From Octopus bimaculoides (Eukaryota), in the NCBI RefSeq assembly GCF_001194135.2, contig NC_068989.1, forward strand, positions 73,129,300 through 73,164,620: 35,321 nt of DNA, in the 5' to 3' direction. The position numbers and the translations under genes were made by a program. Of the stretch, positions 34,321-35,321 are shown in pieces. The notes below the pieces were generated by a model. It was not told the origin of the DNA. It saw only the letters and a list, made by a program, of their open reading frames with translations, and made no database searches. Positions within the stretch are counted from its first letter, which is position 1; the number at the start of each line of letters is the position of its first letter.

Positions 34321-34850
34321 TTAGCAGATACTCAATTTCCTTCCTCTTATCACCTATATCGTATCTAGTCCCTCACATTCAAGCACAGCACCAACCACTG
34401 CACCCATTTTTTTTTTTTGTTTCCCCTGAATGTTCGTCCTCTGGAATTTTCCTGCTCTGCATGTTTTTGCAGCAGCCACCAACTCGCAACAGTTTAAGTG
34501 GAACATTAGTGGAACATTAAATCTCACTGATTTCTGAAGGCCTGCAAAGATCATGGGTACAGCCCCTTCATCCAGAATTAACTAAAAAAAAAATCTAACA
34601 GTTCAAAATCTTAATCAATGCACATATCAAAGAAATGACATTCTACTTCATCTTTTCAAGCTTTAGACAACCAACAACTAAAACCTTCAAAGCCCTTATA
34701 AATATTATCCCTTAAGATCACCAATGTGACGATCTCACATTCACAAAATAATAAAGTCTGTGTCCCCAAAACTATTTCTACTGTTTAGAACATGAACATT
34801 TTTCATACCTAAACAGTTGCTGGTTCTTTGCAAAGATCAAATGAAATCTA

Positions 34851-34977
34851 CAGGGTGTCCACAAAGTCTGGGTACATGAGGATTAACACATACTTTAAGA
34901 AATTATTATTTCTTATATTTAATTGTTAATGTTATAATTTTATTTACTCCACGTACCAAAACTTTGTGGACACCCTG
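34851..34977. mobile_element. Tc1/mariner-type MITE, 127 bp
   Basis: 25-bp TIRs CAGGGTGTCCACAAAGTCTGGGTAC and CAGGGTGTCCACAAAGTTTTGGTAC (rc). TA lies on both sides (34849-50, 34978-79) and the core is AT-rich. Confidence 0.9.
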
Positions 34978-35030
34978 TAGATTGAAATACCTCAGCAGTT
35001 ATTGTTACTCAGCACAAAACAAACAACATC

Positions 35031-35229
35031 TTAGACTACATCTAAAAGAAATCCTTCTGGCCAACTAGCAACACTTTTCTTTCCAACAAACCCCAGTTTG
35101 TATCCTCCAGGATGCATTCCCTTCCACTCTGTTACAACAGGCTTTGCTCCTCGGAGTGTCTGGTTGCAAGCCACCTGATCAGTCTCAAAATGACGTGTGC
35201 CAAATTTATGAGCACAGTTCCTTCCTGGC
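35031..35229 (-). CDS. Probable terminal coding exon of an unidentified convergent gene that continues beyond the window
   Basis: Minus-strand acceptor ccttatttctttatAG (35231-30), then PGRNCAHKFGTRHFETDQVACNQTLRGAKPVVTEWKGMHPGGYKLGFVGKKSVASWPEGFLLDVV*. The sequence is non-repetitive, richer in GC than its flanks and protein-like. I do not recognise the family. Confidence 0.55.
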
Positions 35230-35321
35230 CTATAAAGAAATAAGGCGATGCTCAAGCCTGATCTTGGTTATTATGGTTAAACATAAACCAAAGAATTGTT
35301 GTTTATAATGTCTCGCGGTGA

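Overview
AT-rich, repeat-dominated metazoan genomic DNA with nine N-gaps. The repeat set resembles what I recall of octopus/cephalopod genomes (inference, not verified). The main gene is a + strand TMEM47/VAB-9-like tetraspan protein of the PMP22/claudin superfamily. Three coding exons join in frame: 14012-14171, 29954-30103 and 31301-31536 (181 aa plus an unresolved first exon). A probable last coding exon of an unidentified convergent gene lies at 35031-35229 (-). The rest is introns and intergenic DNA containing at least four tRNA-derived SINE families, 3' fragments of two RTE-clade LINEs and one CR1-clade LINE, a hAT non-autonomous element with an 8-bp TSD, a Tc1/mariner MITE, a possible solo LTR or promoter, and many microsatellites. 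The most notable hidden structure is a set of hammerhead-ribozyme motifs in short microsatellite-flanked repeats. These are one near-complete Type I hammerhead in sense orientation in the large intron (22180-22264), one minimal dimer-type hammerhead (27814-27850, -) and several relics. Also visible are a CR1 LINE sharing its 3' tail with the dominant SINE, and close inverted repeat pairs. Almost all ORFs in the supplied track are microsatellite, gap or repeat artefacts.
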